In this document: piece by piece, positions 1-8,406 of the stretch
Layout: every line of letters starts with the position of its first letter
Position numbering within the stretch: the first letter of the stretch is position 1
Origin: a virus
Taxonomy: Duplodnaviria > Caudoviricetes
Strand: one strand, 5' to 3'
Length of the DNA: 40,332 nucleotides
Virus record (IMG/VR): IMGVR_UViG_3300037462_000917
Location: 1 to 40,332 of that record
Translations under genes and position numbers: made by a program
The notes under the pieces: generated by a model
Told to the model about the DNA's origin: nothing
Seen by the model: the letters and a program-made list of their open reading frames with translations, nothing else
The model's database searches: none

Positions 1-1257
1 ATGGTCAAGAGGCTGAAACTGAATGAGAAAACCGTCCGTGAGGCTGAGAATCTGGGGCGGGACTACCAGATCTTCGACACCGATGTGCGCGGGTTCTCGA
101 TCACCATCTACCCTTCCGGCAACCGGGCCTTCACCCTCGACTACCGGATCGCCGGACGGCAGCGGCGGATGACCATCGGGCGCTGGCCGGAATGGAACAC
201 GGTGGCCGCGCGGGAACGGGCCAAGGAACTGCGGCGTGACATCGATGAGGGGATCGACCCGCTAAGCCTGCGGGAAACGTCGCGCGAGGCCCCGCGGGTC
301 AACGACATGATCACGCGCTATCTGGCGGAACACACGCCGCACCTCGCCGCGCGCAATGCCGCCGACCAGCACACCATCATGCACAAGCTGGTGGCGCCCG
401 ACTGGGGCAAAAAGCTGGTGACTGAAATCACCAAGGCAGATGTGGAAAAGCTGCTGACCAAGATCGCCGCTGGCCGGGCCCGACCCTCGAAAGCCAAACC
501 GAACAACCGGGCGCGCAAACTGCAGGGGCCGAAGCCCACGCCGGTGCGCGCCAACCGGGTGGGTGAGGTGCTGCGCAAGATGTTCACGCTGGCCATCGGC
601 TGGGGCATGCGTACGGACAATCCAGCCAGCGGATTCCGCCGCCGGATCGAGAACGAACGCGAGCGGTTCCTGACGCCGGAAGAGATCGGGCGGCTGGCCA
701 AGGCGCTGGACGCGGCCAAGGATCAACGGGCGGCCGGGATCATCCGGCTCTGCATGCTGACAGGCGCTCGGTCGGGCGAGGTGCGACAGGCACGGTTTGA
801 ACAGTTCAATCTCGACCTAGGCAGCTGGTCAAAACCGGCGGCGACCACCAAGCAGCGCAAGATCCACCGCATCCCGATTTCGGGCGATGTGGCGGCCATC
901 GTGCGCCAGCGCGCCCTGCTGGTGCCACGCGGCAATCCGTGGCTCTTCCCCGGCGACACGCCCGGCCAGCCGGTCAAGGAAATCCGCCGGTTCTGGATCG
1001 GGATCCAGAGCGAGGCGAAACTGCCGGATGTCCGGATCCACGATCTGCGCCACACCTTTGCATCCCTGCTGGTCAGCGGCGGGGCCTCGCTGGAAATGAT
1101 CGGCAAGCTGCTGGGTCACACGCAGATGCAAACGACCCAACGCTATGCGCACCTGATGGACTCGCCGCTGCGCGACGGGGTCAATGCTGTTGCCAGCATC
1201 TTCCGGCCCCGGCCCCAGCTGGTGCACGATGCCGATCAGGAACAGAAAAGCGCCTGA
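1..1257 (+). CDS. int: Tyrosine recombinase/phage integrase with N-terminal arm-binding domain
   Basis: Catalytic motifs LTGARSGE, HDLRHTFAS, LLGHTQMQTTQRYAH; N-terminal arm-type 'YRIAGRQRRMTIGRWP'. Confidence 0.95.
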   Translation: MVKRLKLNEKTVREAENLGRDYQIFDTDVRGFSITIYPSGNRAFTLDYRIAGRQRRMTIGRWPEWNTVAARERAKELRRDIDEGIDPLSLRETSREAPRVNDMITRYLAEHTPHLAARNAADQHTIMHKLVAPDWGKKLVTEITKADVEKLLTKIAAGRARPSKAKPNNRARKLQGPKPTPVRANRVGEVLRKMFTLAIGWGMRTDNPASGFRRRIENERERFLTPEEIGRLAKALDAAKDQRAAGIIRLCMLTGARSGEVRQARFEQFNLDLGSWSKPAATTKQRKIHRIPISGDVAAIVRQRALLVPRGNPWLFPGDTPGQPVKEIRRFWIGIQSEAKLPDVRIHDLRHTFASLLVSGGASLEMIGKLLGHTQMQTTQRYAHLMDSPLRDGVNAVASIFRPRPQLVHDADQEQKSA

Positions 1258-1276
1258 ACGGCAGGATCGGTGTCAA

Positions 1277-1873
1277 TCACTCCCGTTCTCGCAGCGCCCG
1301 CCAGATCGGCGCGACCTTCTTCCGCGTCGTGCTTTCCTCGGGGATTTCGCCGTTCGGCGAGTTCTGGGCAAACCAGTCCTGCACCTCAGCGATCAATTCG
1401 GCCTGCGTTGCGGGCACGCCCTGCTCGTTGACCCGTCGAAACAGCATGATGGTCATGCCCTCCCAATCATAGCGCGGCACGGATCCGGCTGACCCGGCGG
1501 GGCGCCGCAGCAGGTCGCGCTCGTCCTCGAACTTCTGCACCTCCTCGGCCAGCAGCATCAGATCGGTGATCTTGATCACCACGCCATCGGCCGGTTCAGT
1601 GATATATTGCCACTCCGCGCTACCCTGCGGCCGGATGCGGTAGATCCGGCATTCCTCATCGCTCGGGCCATGACGGCGGAACATTCGCATCATGTCGGCG
1701 GCGCAGACAACCACGATCCCGGCCACCGGCTGCTTGCCGCAGATCACCGAGGCGATGCTGGTGACCAGCGTCAGATGGTCGGTTGCGGCCCATCCGGCCA
1801 GATCGGCAGCGGCACAACCCCAACGGGCGGATGTCTCATTCAAGGAATAGAAGGCTCTCGGCGGCAGGCTCAT
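1277..1873 (-). CDS. Hypothetical protein, probable DNA-binding/regulatory protein (198 aa)
   Basis: Clean ORF convergent on the integrase and divergent from the WYL gene; AAGGA RBS upstream; HTH-like N-terminus (YSLNETSARWGCAAADLAGW). Confidence 0.65.
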   Translation of the reverse strand: MSLPPRAFYSLNETSARWGCAAADLAGWAATDHLTLVTSIASVICGKQPVAGIVVVCAADMMRMFRRHGPSDEECRIYRIRPQGSAEWQYITEPADGVVIKITDLMLLAEEVQKFEDERDLLRRPAGSAGSVPRYDWEGMTIMLFRRVNEQGVPATQAELIAEVQDWFAQNSPNGEIPEESTTRKKVAPIWRALRERE

Positions 1874-2118
1874 GGGTCGTGCGTCCTTACTTCATTCAGC
1901 AACGCCCGGGTCAGCACCGGGCATGGCAGGGATCGCGTTCACGAACAGCGGCTTGCCAGCAGGCCCGCTGTTCAGGAACACGCCTCAAGATGTCTTCAAA
2001 CAGCCATGTCTGGAGATCCGGGTGAAGAGCACCCCGGTGATCGGAAACACGCACAGGTGGAATCGGCTTGAGCTGACCAGAGCCAGCCAATCGCTTTTTA
2101 AGCGAATTGTCGTTAACG

Positions 2119-2141
2119 TCCCTGTCAGGTTCGGTCAGGGA
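2119..2141. promoter_or_regulatory. Inverted repeat TCCCTGTC-N7-GTCAGGGA, candidate WYL operator
   Basis: 7/8 arm match with a 7-nt spacer; overlaps the RBS 6 nt before the WYL ATG. Confidence 0.5.
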
Positions 2142-2147
2142 TTAAAG

Positions 2148-3149
2148 ATGGATAACAAGCGTCTGGGCAAGGCCCTCGACATCATGCGTCTGGCCGAAGA
2201 GGCGGCCGCCCGGCCAGGTGGCATCAGCCTGGTGCAAATCGTGGACACCTTCGGCGTGACCCTGCGCACCGCGCAGCGCATGTCCCGCGCGCTGGAGGAG
2301 GCGTTCCCGATGGTGCAGACCCGCACCGACAAGGAACGGCGCAAATGGTGGCAGTTGCCCGACAGCCGCCTGCTGCACCTTCAGGGCATTCGCGACAGCG
2401 AATTGTCAGCGCTGGAAATGGGCATCCGGCGTGCGGAGCGTGAAGGGGCCGCCACAGAGGTTGCCGCGCTGAACTCTCTGCGCAACCGCCTGCTTGCCAC
2501 GATGCCACCGACATTCGCCCGCCGCGCCGAGGTGGATGCCGAGGCGGTTCTTGAGGCCCGAGGTCATGCCTGCCGTCCTGGCCCCCGCGCGCAGTATTCG
2601 GCGCTTGTCCTTGGCGCGATCGACAACGCACTGAAGGGCCCGTTCACAATGCAGATCGATTATGCCGGTGCGCAGGATGCCGCGCCCCGGTCGAGGGCGG
2701 TCGAACCCTATGGTGTGCTGTTCGGGATGCGCGGCTATCTGATCGCCCGCGAGATCGACAACGGCGGCAAGTATCGGCATTTCCGGTTGGACCGGATCAG
2801 CCGCGCCAGCCTGCTGAAGGATTCCTTTGTGCGGGATCCCGGCTTTGATCTTGGCCAGCACGCTGCCCGGGCCTTCGGGTCATTCCATTCAGAGGCGGAG
2901 TACGGGCCGGTGGAGTGGCGGTTTGCACCATCAGCCGCCGATGTCGCCCGGACCTTCATCTTCCATCCCGACCAGCAGGTTCAAGATGAAGCTGACGGCA
3001 GTCTGACCGTCCGGTTCACCGCCGGGGGCTGGCTGGAAATGGCGTGGCATCTCTATCAGTGGGGTGCTGCGGTCGAGGTGATCGCTCCGCACGAAGTGCG
3101 GGCGTTGGTCGAGGCCCACCGTCGCAGCGATTTCCCTTCCCTGCCCTGA
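2148..3149 (+). CDS. wHTH-WYL-WCX transcriptional regulator (PafB/DriD/BrxR-like)
   Basis: N-terminal wHTH 'FGVTLRTAQRMSRAL'; WYL core 'RAVEPYGV..YLIA..RHFRLDRI'; WCX 'WLEMAWHLYQWGAAVEVIAP'; start placed at ATG 2148 rather than 1872. Confidence 0.92.
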   Translation: MDNKRLGKALDIMRLAEEAAARPGGISLVQIVDTFGVTLRTAQRMSRALEEAFPMVQTRTDKERRKWWQLPDSRLLHLQGIRDSELSALEMGIRRAEREGAATEVAALNSLRNRLLATMPPTFARRAEVDAEAVLEARGHACRPGPRAQYSALVLGAIDNALKGPFTMQIDYAGAQDAAPRSRAVEPYGVLFGMRGYLIAREIDNGGKYRHFRLDRISRASLLKDSFVRDPGFDLGQHAARAFGSFHSEAEYGPVEWRFAPSAADVARTFIFHPDQQVQDEADGSLTVRFTAGGWLEMAWHLYQWGAAVEVIAPHEVRALVEAHRRSDFPSLP

Positions 3150-3453
3150 CACCGGCACGCGCGTTCGGTCCCGCGCCGCCCGGTCGGCGTCACGCGATGC
3201 TGTTAAAATCCGGCCACTATGGTTGCGAGCCACGATCATCAGGCGCGAACTGGCACAGGTCACCGGAAACAGCGGAATGTCGCTGGGCTGCCTTTCCGAT
3301 TCGCAATCCGGTCGCGTGCCAAAAATCCAATGAAACAAGGGCCGGAATTGCCAGCCGCGTCCCAATTCCGGTCTCTGCCTAGGTTCCGGTCCTTCCCGTC
3401 TGCTTCCCTCGCCCCGTCTCCGGCATCTGCCGGGATCTGGATGGGAGACCGTA

Positions 3454-3702
3454 ATGCAGACCACAGCCCCTGCCCCGCAGGACCAACCCCTTAACCTGCT
3501 GGCTGACTGGATCAGCCGCGAGCAGCTGGCCGGTGAACTCGGCCTCGCCTGCGACACCCTCGCTCGCTGGGAGGCCCGTCAGCTCGGCCCGCCCTGCACG
3601 CGGATCGGCCGCAAAGTGCTCTACCGGCGCACCTCGGTCCAGGACTGGATCAGCGCGCAGGAACAGACCCGCCCTGCGCGGACACGGCGGGGTCGGAAAT
3701 GA
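3454..3702 (+). CDS. Excisionase/AlpA-like HTH protein
   Basis: 'ISREQLAGELGLACDTLARWEARQLGPPCTRIGRKVLYR' xis-like winged helix; GGAG RBS. Confidence 0.8.
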   Translation: MQTTAPAPQDQPLNLLADWISREQLAGELGLACDTLARWEARQLGPPCTRIGRKVLYRRTSVQDWISAQEQTRPARTRRGRK

Positions 3703-3965
3703 ACCAGCTCTTGTCCCATCCGCCCGTCATTCCTTCGTCGGAGACCGGCGACTGGATGCACGACCGTCTGACCGAGGCGCGCGGCGTCCTGGCCGATACC
3801 ACACAGCATCCGGAATCCTTGGTGATCCTCGCGGCACGGGTCGTCGTCGGCCAGACCGACGATGCCGTCGAATGTGGTGACGCCATCGAACTGCTGCGCC
3901 ATCTGGATCGTCGGCCCCTGCACGCCATCGCGGCGGCCACCTTCCCGAAAGGCGGTGCGGCATGA
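3699..3965 (+). CDS. Hypothetical phage protein
   Basis: ATGA overlaps with both neighbours in the early operon. Confidence 0.7.
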   Translation: MNQLLSHPPVIPSSETGDWMHDRLTEARGVLADTTQHPESLVILAARVVVGQTDDAVECGDAIELLRHLDRRPLHAIAAATFPKGGAA

Positions 3966-4357
3966 ACCGGCGCAGCACTCCCGAGGCCGACGCCCAGCGC
4001 GCCATCGTGCAGGCGTTGCGGTTCGCCCTGCCCCGCGATGCCATCGTCCATCACTGCGTCAACGAGGTAACTGAGGCCGGGCCCCGTGGTGCGAAGCGCC
4101 AGTCGATCCTCGTCGGCATGGGCGTCCATGCGGGCTTTGCCGATCTGATCGTGATCTGCGGCGGCCGCGTGCTGTTCCTCGAGGTCAAAAGCGAAACCGG
4201 CCGATTGCGCAAGTCGCAGGAGGTGTTCCGCGACACTGTCTGCGCGCAGGGCTTCGGCTGGGCGCTGGTCCGGTCGGTCGACGATGCGCTGGTCGCGCTG
4301 GCCGACAATGGCTTCACCAGCCGTGCGCAGCTGCCAGCGCGGAGGGCCGCGCCATGA
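3962..4357 (+). CDS. VRR-NUC domain nuclease
   Basis: PD-(D/E)xK motif 'GFADL...FLEVK...G.L..SQ'; N-terminal E...Q. Confidence 0.88.
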   Translation: MNRRSTPEADAQRAIVQALRFALPRDAIVHHCVNEVTEAGPRGAKRQSILVGMGVHAGFADLIVICGGRVLFLEVKSETGRLRKSQEVFRDTVCAQGFGWALVRSVDDALVALADNGFTSRAQLPARRAAP

Positions 4358-5379
4358 GCCATGACGCCACCAACTGGGCGATCCAGCGGCGTGGGCTGAA
4401 GCCAACGACCAAGATCGTGCTCTGGCATCTGTGCGACCGCTTCAACCCTGACTTCGGCTGCTTCCCATCGCAGGATCGGTTGGCGCATGATTGCGAGATC
4501 AGCCGCTCCACCCTGAACGAACATCTCGACCGGCTGGAGGCGGAACAGCTGCTGCGGCGGGTGCCGCGCATTGATCCTGTCACCAAGCGCCAGCTGCCGA
4601 CACGCTACATCCTGGGTTTCGAAGAAGGCTTTGCACCACATGACCCTGAGCCATGTCCGGAAATCGGACACGGGTTTTTGCCCTTCGGCCATGATGCTGA
4701 AACTGCATCTGAAATCACTGCGGGCAGTGCCATTCCGGCCGAGCCGTGTCCGGAAATCGCACACGGTAATCCGAAGGAACCCGTGTCCGGATTTTGCCCC
4801 GACCCGTGTCCGGAAAATGCCGAAAGCCGTGTCCGGAATCCGGACACTAACCTTGTAAGAGAACCACTAAGTAAACCAGTAAAGGAGGAGGAGGACGCGG
4901 CTGCGCGCGAGGCCGATTTTGATCGGTTCTTCGCAGAGCTGCTGACTGCGCTGGGCTTCGCTGCCAACGCCACCCTGCCCGCCTGGTGGCAGGGCTGGCC
5001 AGCAAGAACCCACGTTCGCCGTTGGACTGATGAAATCGGGTTGTCGCGGAGGCGGATCATCGAGGTCGCCATCGAGACCCGGGACGATCATCCGAACCCG
5101 CCCGATGGCCCCAAAGCCCTCGACCGGTTCATGGAACGTGCCGCCCAGCGCGACGCACAGACGGCCAGCGCAACCGCCAAGAGTCAAAAGGCCAAGCGGC
5201 GGCGCAAGCGCGAAGACCCTCCCCGGCTCAGCGACGACGAGAAGGCGGCGTTCTACGCCAAGATGGTCAACGCCGACGGCTTCCTGCCGGTCAGCGCGAT
5301 CAACAACAGCATTCGCGATCTGATGTTGGCGCGCGGCTTGGTCACGCCCGAACGCCTTCGGTTGCGCGGGGTGCGGTGA
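4354..5379 (+). CDS. Replication initiator with N-terminal HTH (lambda O-like organisation)
   Basis: 'CFPSQDRLAHDCEISRSTLNEHLDRLE' HTH; internal PCPE peptide repeats encoded by DNA iterons. Confidence 0.8.
   Translation: MSHDATNWAIQRRGLKPTTKIVLWHLCDRFNPDFGCFPSQDRLAHDCEISRSTLNEHLDRLEAEQLLRRVPRIDPVTKRQLPTRYILGFEEGFAPHDPEPCPEIGHGFLPFGHDAETASEITAGSAIPAEPCPEIAHGNPKEPVSGFCPDPCPENAESRVRNPDTNLVREPLSKPVKEEEDAAAREADFDRFFAELLTALGFAANATLPAWWQGWPARTHVRRWTDEIGLSRRRIIEVAIETRDDHPNPPDGPKALDRFMERAAQRDAQTASATAKSQKAKRRRKREDPPRLSDDEKAAFYAKMVNADGFLPVSAINNSIRDLMLARGLVTPERLRLRGVR
4651..4885. repeat. Five iterons CCRTGTCCGGA plus A-rich tract; probable phage replication origin
   Basis: Copies at 4651, 4744, 4781, 4804 and 4827; three extend into palindromes (CCGTGTCCG-N5-CGGACACGG-like); AT-richer tract at 4848-4885. 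Confidence 0.75.
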
Positions 5380-6533
5380 ATGGCATGGTGTCACGTCCCC
5401 GGCACGGATTGTCCCTCTGCGCAGGCGGCGGAGGCCTTGATCTGGGCCTCATGCTCGCCGAACCCGGCTATCACACCCGCGCCTTTGTCGAATGGGAGGA
5501 CTGGCCCCGCGCCGTCCTCATCGCCGCCCAGCGCGCAGAGTATTTCGCCCCGGCCCCGATCTGGGATGATCTCCGCAGTTTCGATGCCCGTGTCTTCCGA
5601 GGCGCATTCGACATCATTGTCGCCGGATACCCCTGCCAGCCGTTCAGCGCCGCCGGAAAGCGCGGTGGCCCCGACGATCCCCGCCACCTCTGGCCCGATG
5701 TCGCCCGCGTCATCGGCGAATGCCGCCCCGCATGGGTCTTCCTCGAAAACGTCGCCGGTCACGTCACCCTCGGCCTTGAGACAGTCCTGCGAGAGCTTTG
5801 GGGCATGGGCTACACGCCTGCGGCGGGTTTGTTCTCGGCGGCAGAAGTTGGCGCGCCGCACCAGCGGCTCCGGATCTTCATCCTGGCCCACACCGATGAG
5901 TCTGCATCCGGGCACGAATCGCTACAACCCGGCCGGGAACAGCGATTTCACCAGGAAGGCCGAAGCGCTGGCGCTGGGCATCACCAACTGGTCGACACCC
6001 AAGGCGACCGATGGCGCGAAGGGTGGGCCGGGCCAGAGTTATGGATCGGGCGGGACGCCACCCTTGCCAGCGCAGGCGGCGCAGTGGCCGACCCCGGCCG
6101 CCCAGAACTGGAAGGGCAGCAGCGAGGCCAGCATCACCCGCGCCGACGGCAAGTCCCGGATGGATATCCTGCATTATCGGGCGGAACAGGGCTTCACCCG
6201 CCCGGACCCGGCGATCACGCCGGATGGGCAGTGTTCCTTGCCGCACGCCCCGATCTCGCGCCCGCTCTGGGCTTCAATGATTGCATTACATGGGCGCGTC
6301 GTCTCGCGGCGGATCCTGAAGGGCCGGTCGCGGCGGCGGCTGAACCCGCTCTTCGTCGGATGGCTGATGGGCTGGCCCATCGGGCACGCGCTCTGCGCCT
6401 GCTCGGAAACGGAGTTCACCCACTGGCAGCAGCACATGCGTGGCGCTCTCTCGCAGCTGCCCATTGCCTCGGGCCCGTGGATCTGGCGACCGACCGATGC
6501 GGCCCAGCGCCCGGCACAGATGGATTTATTTGA
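5376..6533 (+). CDS. C5 cytosine DNA methyltransferase, catalytic (alpha) polypeptide with motifs I-VIII and X
   Basis: LSLCAGGGG (I), AGYPCQPFS (IV), ENV (VI), QRLRIF (VIII), LRLLGNGVHP (X); no motif IX in this frame. Confidence 0.88.
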   Translation: MNGMVSRPRHGLSLCAGGGGLDLGLMLAEPGYHTRAFVEWEDWPRAVLIAAQRAEYFAPAPIWDDLRSFDARVFRGAFDIIVAGYPCQPFSAAGKRGGPDDPRHLWPDVARVIGECRPAWVFLENVAGHVTLGLETVLRELWGMGYTPAAGLFSAAEVGAPHQRLRIFILAHTDESASGHESLQPGREQRFHQEGRSAGAGHHQLVDTQGDRWREGWAGPELWIGRDATLASAGGAVADPGRPELEGQQRGQHHPRRRQVPDGYPALSGGTGLHPPGPGDHAGWAVFLAARPDLAPALGFNDCITWARRLAADPEGPVAAAAEPALRRMADGLAHRARALRLLGNGVHPLAAAHAWRSLAAAHCLGPVDLATDRCGPAPGTDGFI

Positions 6534-6549
6534 AGGATTGCAGCCATGA
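5380..6549 (+). CDS. Overlapping +1-frame polypeptide with TRD-like WPTP repeats and motif IX (beta subunit-like)
   Basis: 389 codons without a stop; WPTP/WSTP/WPTP repeats; RRLNPLFVGWLMGWP resembles motif IX; ATG directly follows the initiator stop and its TGA overlaps the next ATG. Confidence 0.7.
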   Translation: MAWCHVPGTDCPSAQAAEALIWASCSPNPAITPAPLSNGRTGPAPSSSPPSAQSISPRPRSGMISAVSMPVSSEAHSTSLSPDTPASRSAPPESAVAPTIPATSGPMSPASSANAAPHGSSSKTSPVTSPSALRQSCESFGAWATRLRRVCSRRQKLARRTSGSGSSSWPTPMSLHPGTNRYNPAGNSDFTRKAEALALGITNWSTPKATDGAKGGPGQSYGSGGTPPLPAQAAQWPTPAAQNWKGSSEASITRADGKSRMDILHYRAEQGFTRPDPAITPDGQCSLPHAPISRPLWASMIALHGRVVSRRILKGRSRRRLNPLFVGWLMGWPIGHALCACSETEFTHWQQHMRGALSQLPIASGPWIWRPTDAAQRPAQMDLFEGLQP

Positions 6550-7196
6550 GTTTCCACGGCCGCGTCAGCGGTAAAAAGGTCAAGCGCGCGCTGGGCGTGC
6601 AGGCAGCGTTGGAATGGGCGTTCCGGGCCGAACAGGCACAGCTGGAACTGCCCATGCCCCCGGACGTCACCGAGGAAGGCTTCGGATTCGGCCTGGAATA
6701 CGTCTTGCTGCAGCGCGCCGTGCTGGGCTGCAAGATCGACGGCGGCCAGCACAAAATGGGCAGTTACACCCACCCCGACGCCGAGGTGATCGCCGCCACA
6801 GTCGCAGGCATGCCCGACCGCATCGGCGGCATCCGCATGGCAATTCAGGTGGCCGAACTGGCGCGCGCAGGCATGACCCCGGACTGGATGCCGGGCGTCG
6901 TGCCGCGCTGCGTGCCGATGGAAACCAAGAACAACCAGCATGGTGAGCGGGCGACGACCATCGTCGTCGGCACTGAGCGAGTGAAGACGCGCGGCAAGTG
7001 GCGAACGGTGGAGGTGCTGGCCTGCCCGGTCACTTGGCGGCCGCATCCGGAACAGATCGCATCCGCCCGGCGCGGCTATGAGGATTGGTGGCAGGCGCTG
7101 GGCTGGGTGCGAGATGGACTGGTGGCGGGCGGGATGTTGCGCGAGATGGAGGTAAAGGCGGCAATGCCAAAGCCAAGGCCTTGGAAGACGCACTGA
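6546..7196 (+). CDS. Hypothetical phage protein at the late-regulator (Q-like) position
   Basis: 216-aa ORF ending the early operon, ATGA-coupled; function inferred from position only. Confidence 0.7.
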   Translation: MSFHGRVSGKKVKRALGVQAALEWAFRAEQAQLELPMPPDVTEEGFGFGLEYVLLQRAVLGCKIDGGQHKMGSYTHPDAEVIAATVAGMPDRIGGIRMAIQVAELARAGMTPDWMPGVVPRCVPMETKNNQHGERATTIVVGTERVKTRGKWRTVEVLACPVTWRPHPEQIASARRGYEDWWQALGWVRDGLVAGGMLREMEVKAAMPKPRPWKTH

Positions 7197-7291
7197 ATCG
7201 TTGCACGATCCTTCGGCCCAGCGCTAGCAATCAGTGGTTTGACGTCATCACAGGTGAGACCTTGCTTGCCTGACGATCCACAGCAGAGTAA

Positions 7292-7306
7292 GAACGAATT
7301 AAGAAC
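7292..7306. promoter_or_regulatory. Alphaproteobacterial-type LexA box GAAC-N7-GAAC
   Basis: GAAC GAATTAA GAAC in the intergenic region about 75 nt upstream of the R-M methyltransferase. Confidence 0.5.
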
Positions 7307-7380
7307 GCAGAGTTGGCCTTAGGCCATTGATTTCTTGCAGGTGTTCTAGATAATGTGTGCGCAGAATGAGGGCTGACAAG

Positions 7381-8340
7381 ATGCTGACATCGGTAGAACT
7401 TTGCGCAGGCGCTGGCGGACAGGCTCTAGGGCTTGAGCAGGCTGGGTTCGCACATACCGCCCTCGTAGAAATCGACAGACATTGCTGCAACACGCTGCGC
7501 CACAATCGCCCCGAGTGGAACGTTCTCGAGGAAGATATGCGTATCTTCAAAGACCGTTCTGGTGATTTCAAGGGGATAGACCTCCTTGCTGGTGGCTTAC
7601 CTTGCCCGCCATTTTCGGTCGCAGGAAAACAACTCGGCGAGTTGGATGAACGGAATCTTTTCAACGATGCCATCGACATAGTTGATGCGACACGTCCGCA
7701 GGCTGTGATGATTGAGAACGTGCGCGGGTTCCTGGATGCGGTTTTTCATGACTATCGCGAACGGCTGAAGGTACAGCTCAAGAAGCTTGGATATGATACC
7801 GACTGGCGGTTGCTGAACGCTTCAGACTACGGCGTCCCACAACTGCGCCCGCGCGTTGTCATTGTGGCGGTACAGCAGGCGCGCTCTGAACTGTTCAACT
7901 GGCCTGATCCGAATCCTCATAATCCGCCAACGGTCGGCGCGACGCTGTATGAACTTATGGCCGCGCGCGGATGGAAGGGTGCCACCGCTTGGCGGGAGCA
8001 AGCCGACGAAATAGCACCCACAATCGTAGGCGGATCAAAGAAGCATGGTGGTCCAGACCTTGGCCCAACTCGCGCACGGGCGGCTTGGGCAACTCTCGGT
8101 GTTGAAGGCCGCACGATTGCTCCCGAAGCGCCGGATCCTTTCCACAGCGGGATGCCACGACTGACGGTGCCCATGGTTGCACGCCTGCAGGGCTTTCCTG
8201 ATGACTGGCACTTCACGGGGGCCAAGACCAACGCCTATAAGCAGGTTGGAAATGCCTTTCCGCCGCCAGTCGCCCGAGCAGTTGCCACACAGATTTCGAA
8301 GGCCCTTCGGCAACGGCAACTTCACGCCATTCGCGCTTAG
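7381..8340 (+). CDS. C5 cytosine DNA methyltransferase, cognate of the NaeI-family REase
   Basis: ELCAGAGG, GGLPCPPFS, ENV, QLRPRVV, TRD 'APTIVGGSKKHGGPDLGPTRA', RLQGFPD, QVGNAFPP; all motifs in one frame. Confidence 0.92.
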   Translation: MLTSVELCAGAGGQALGLEQAGFAHTALVEIDRHCCNTLRHNRPEWNVLEEDMRIFKDRSGDFKGIDLLAGGLPCPPFSVAGKQLGELDERNLFNDAIDIVDATRPQAVMIENVRGFLDAVFHDYRERLKVQLKKLGYDTDWRLLNASDYGVPQLRPRVVIVAVQQARSELFNWPDPNPHNPPTVGATLYELMAARGWKGATAWREQADEIAPTIVGGSKKHGGPDLGPTRARAAWATLGVEGRTIAPEAPDPFHSGMPRLTVPMVARLQGFPDDWHFTGAKTNAYKQVGNAFPPPVARAVATQISKALRQRQLHAIRA

Positions 8341-8371
8341 TCTTCCGAATCCCAAAGGCCTGTGACAGACT

Positions 8372-8394
8372 TCTGAGAAATATAATTTCTCAGA
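8372..8394. promoter_or_regulatory. Perfect 10-bp inverted repeat enclosing TATAAT, upstream of the REase gene
   Basis: TCTGAGAAAT-ATA-ATTTCTCAGA; TATAAT at 8381-8386. Confidence 0.55.
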
Positions 8395-8406
8395 GGCGTC
8401 CTACGC

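Noticed and set aside
1-60. attL/attR or target tRNA
   Set aside because: The window starts at the integrase ATG and ends at the spanin stop; no flanking direct repeat or tRNA is visible
1872-2147. 92-aa N-terminal extension of the WYL ORF in the ORF track
   Set aside because: The wHTH begins at Met 2148, which has an RBS; the extension covers the divergent regulatory region and abuts the opposite gene's start
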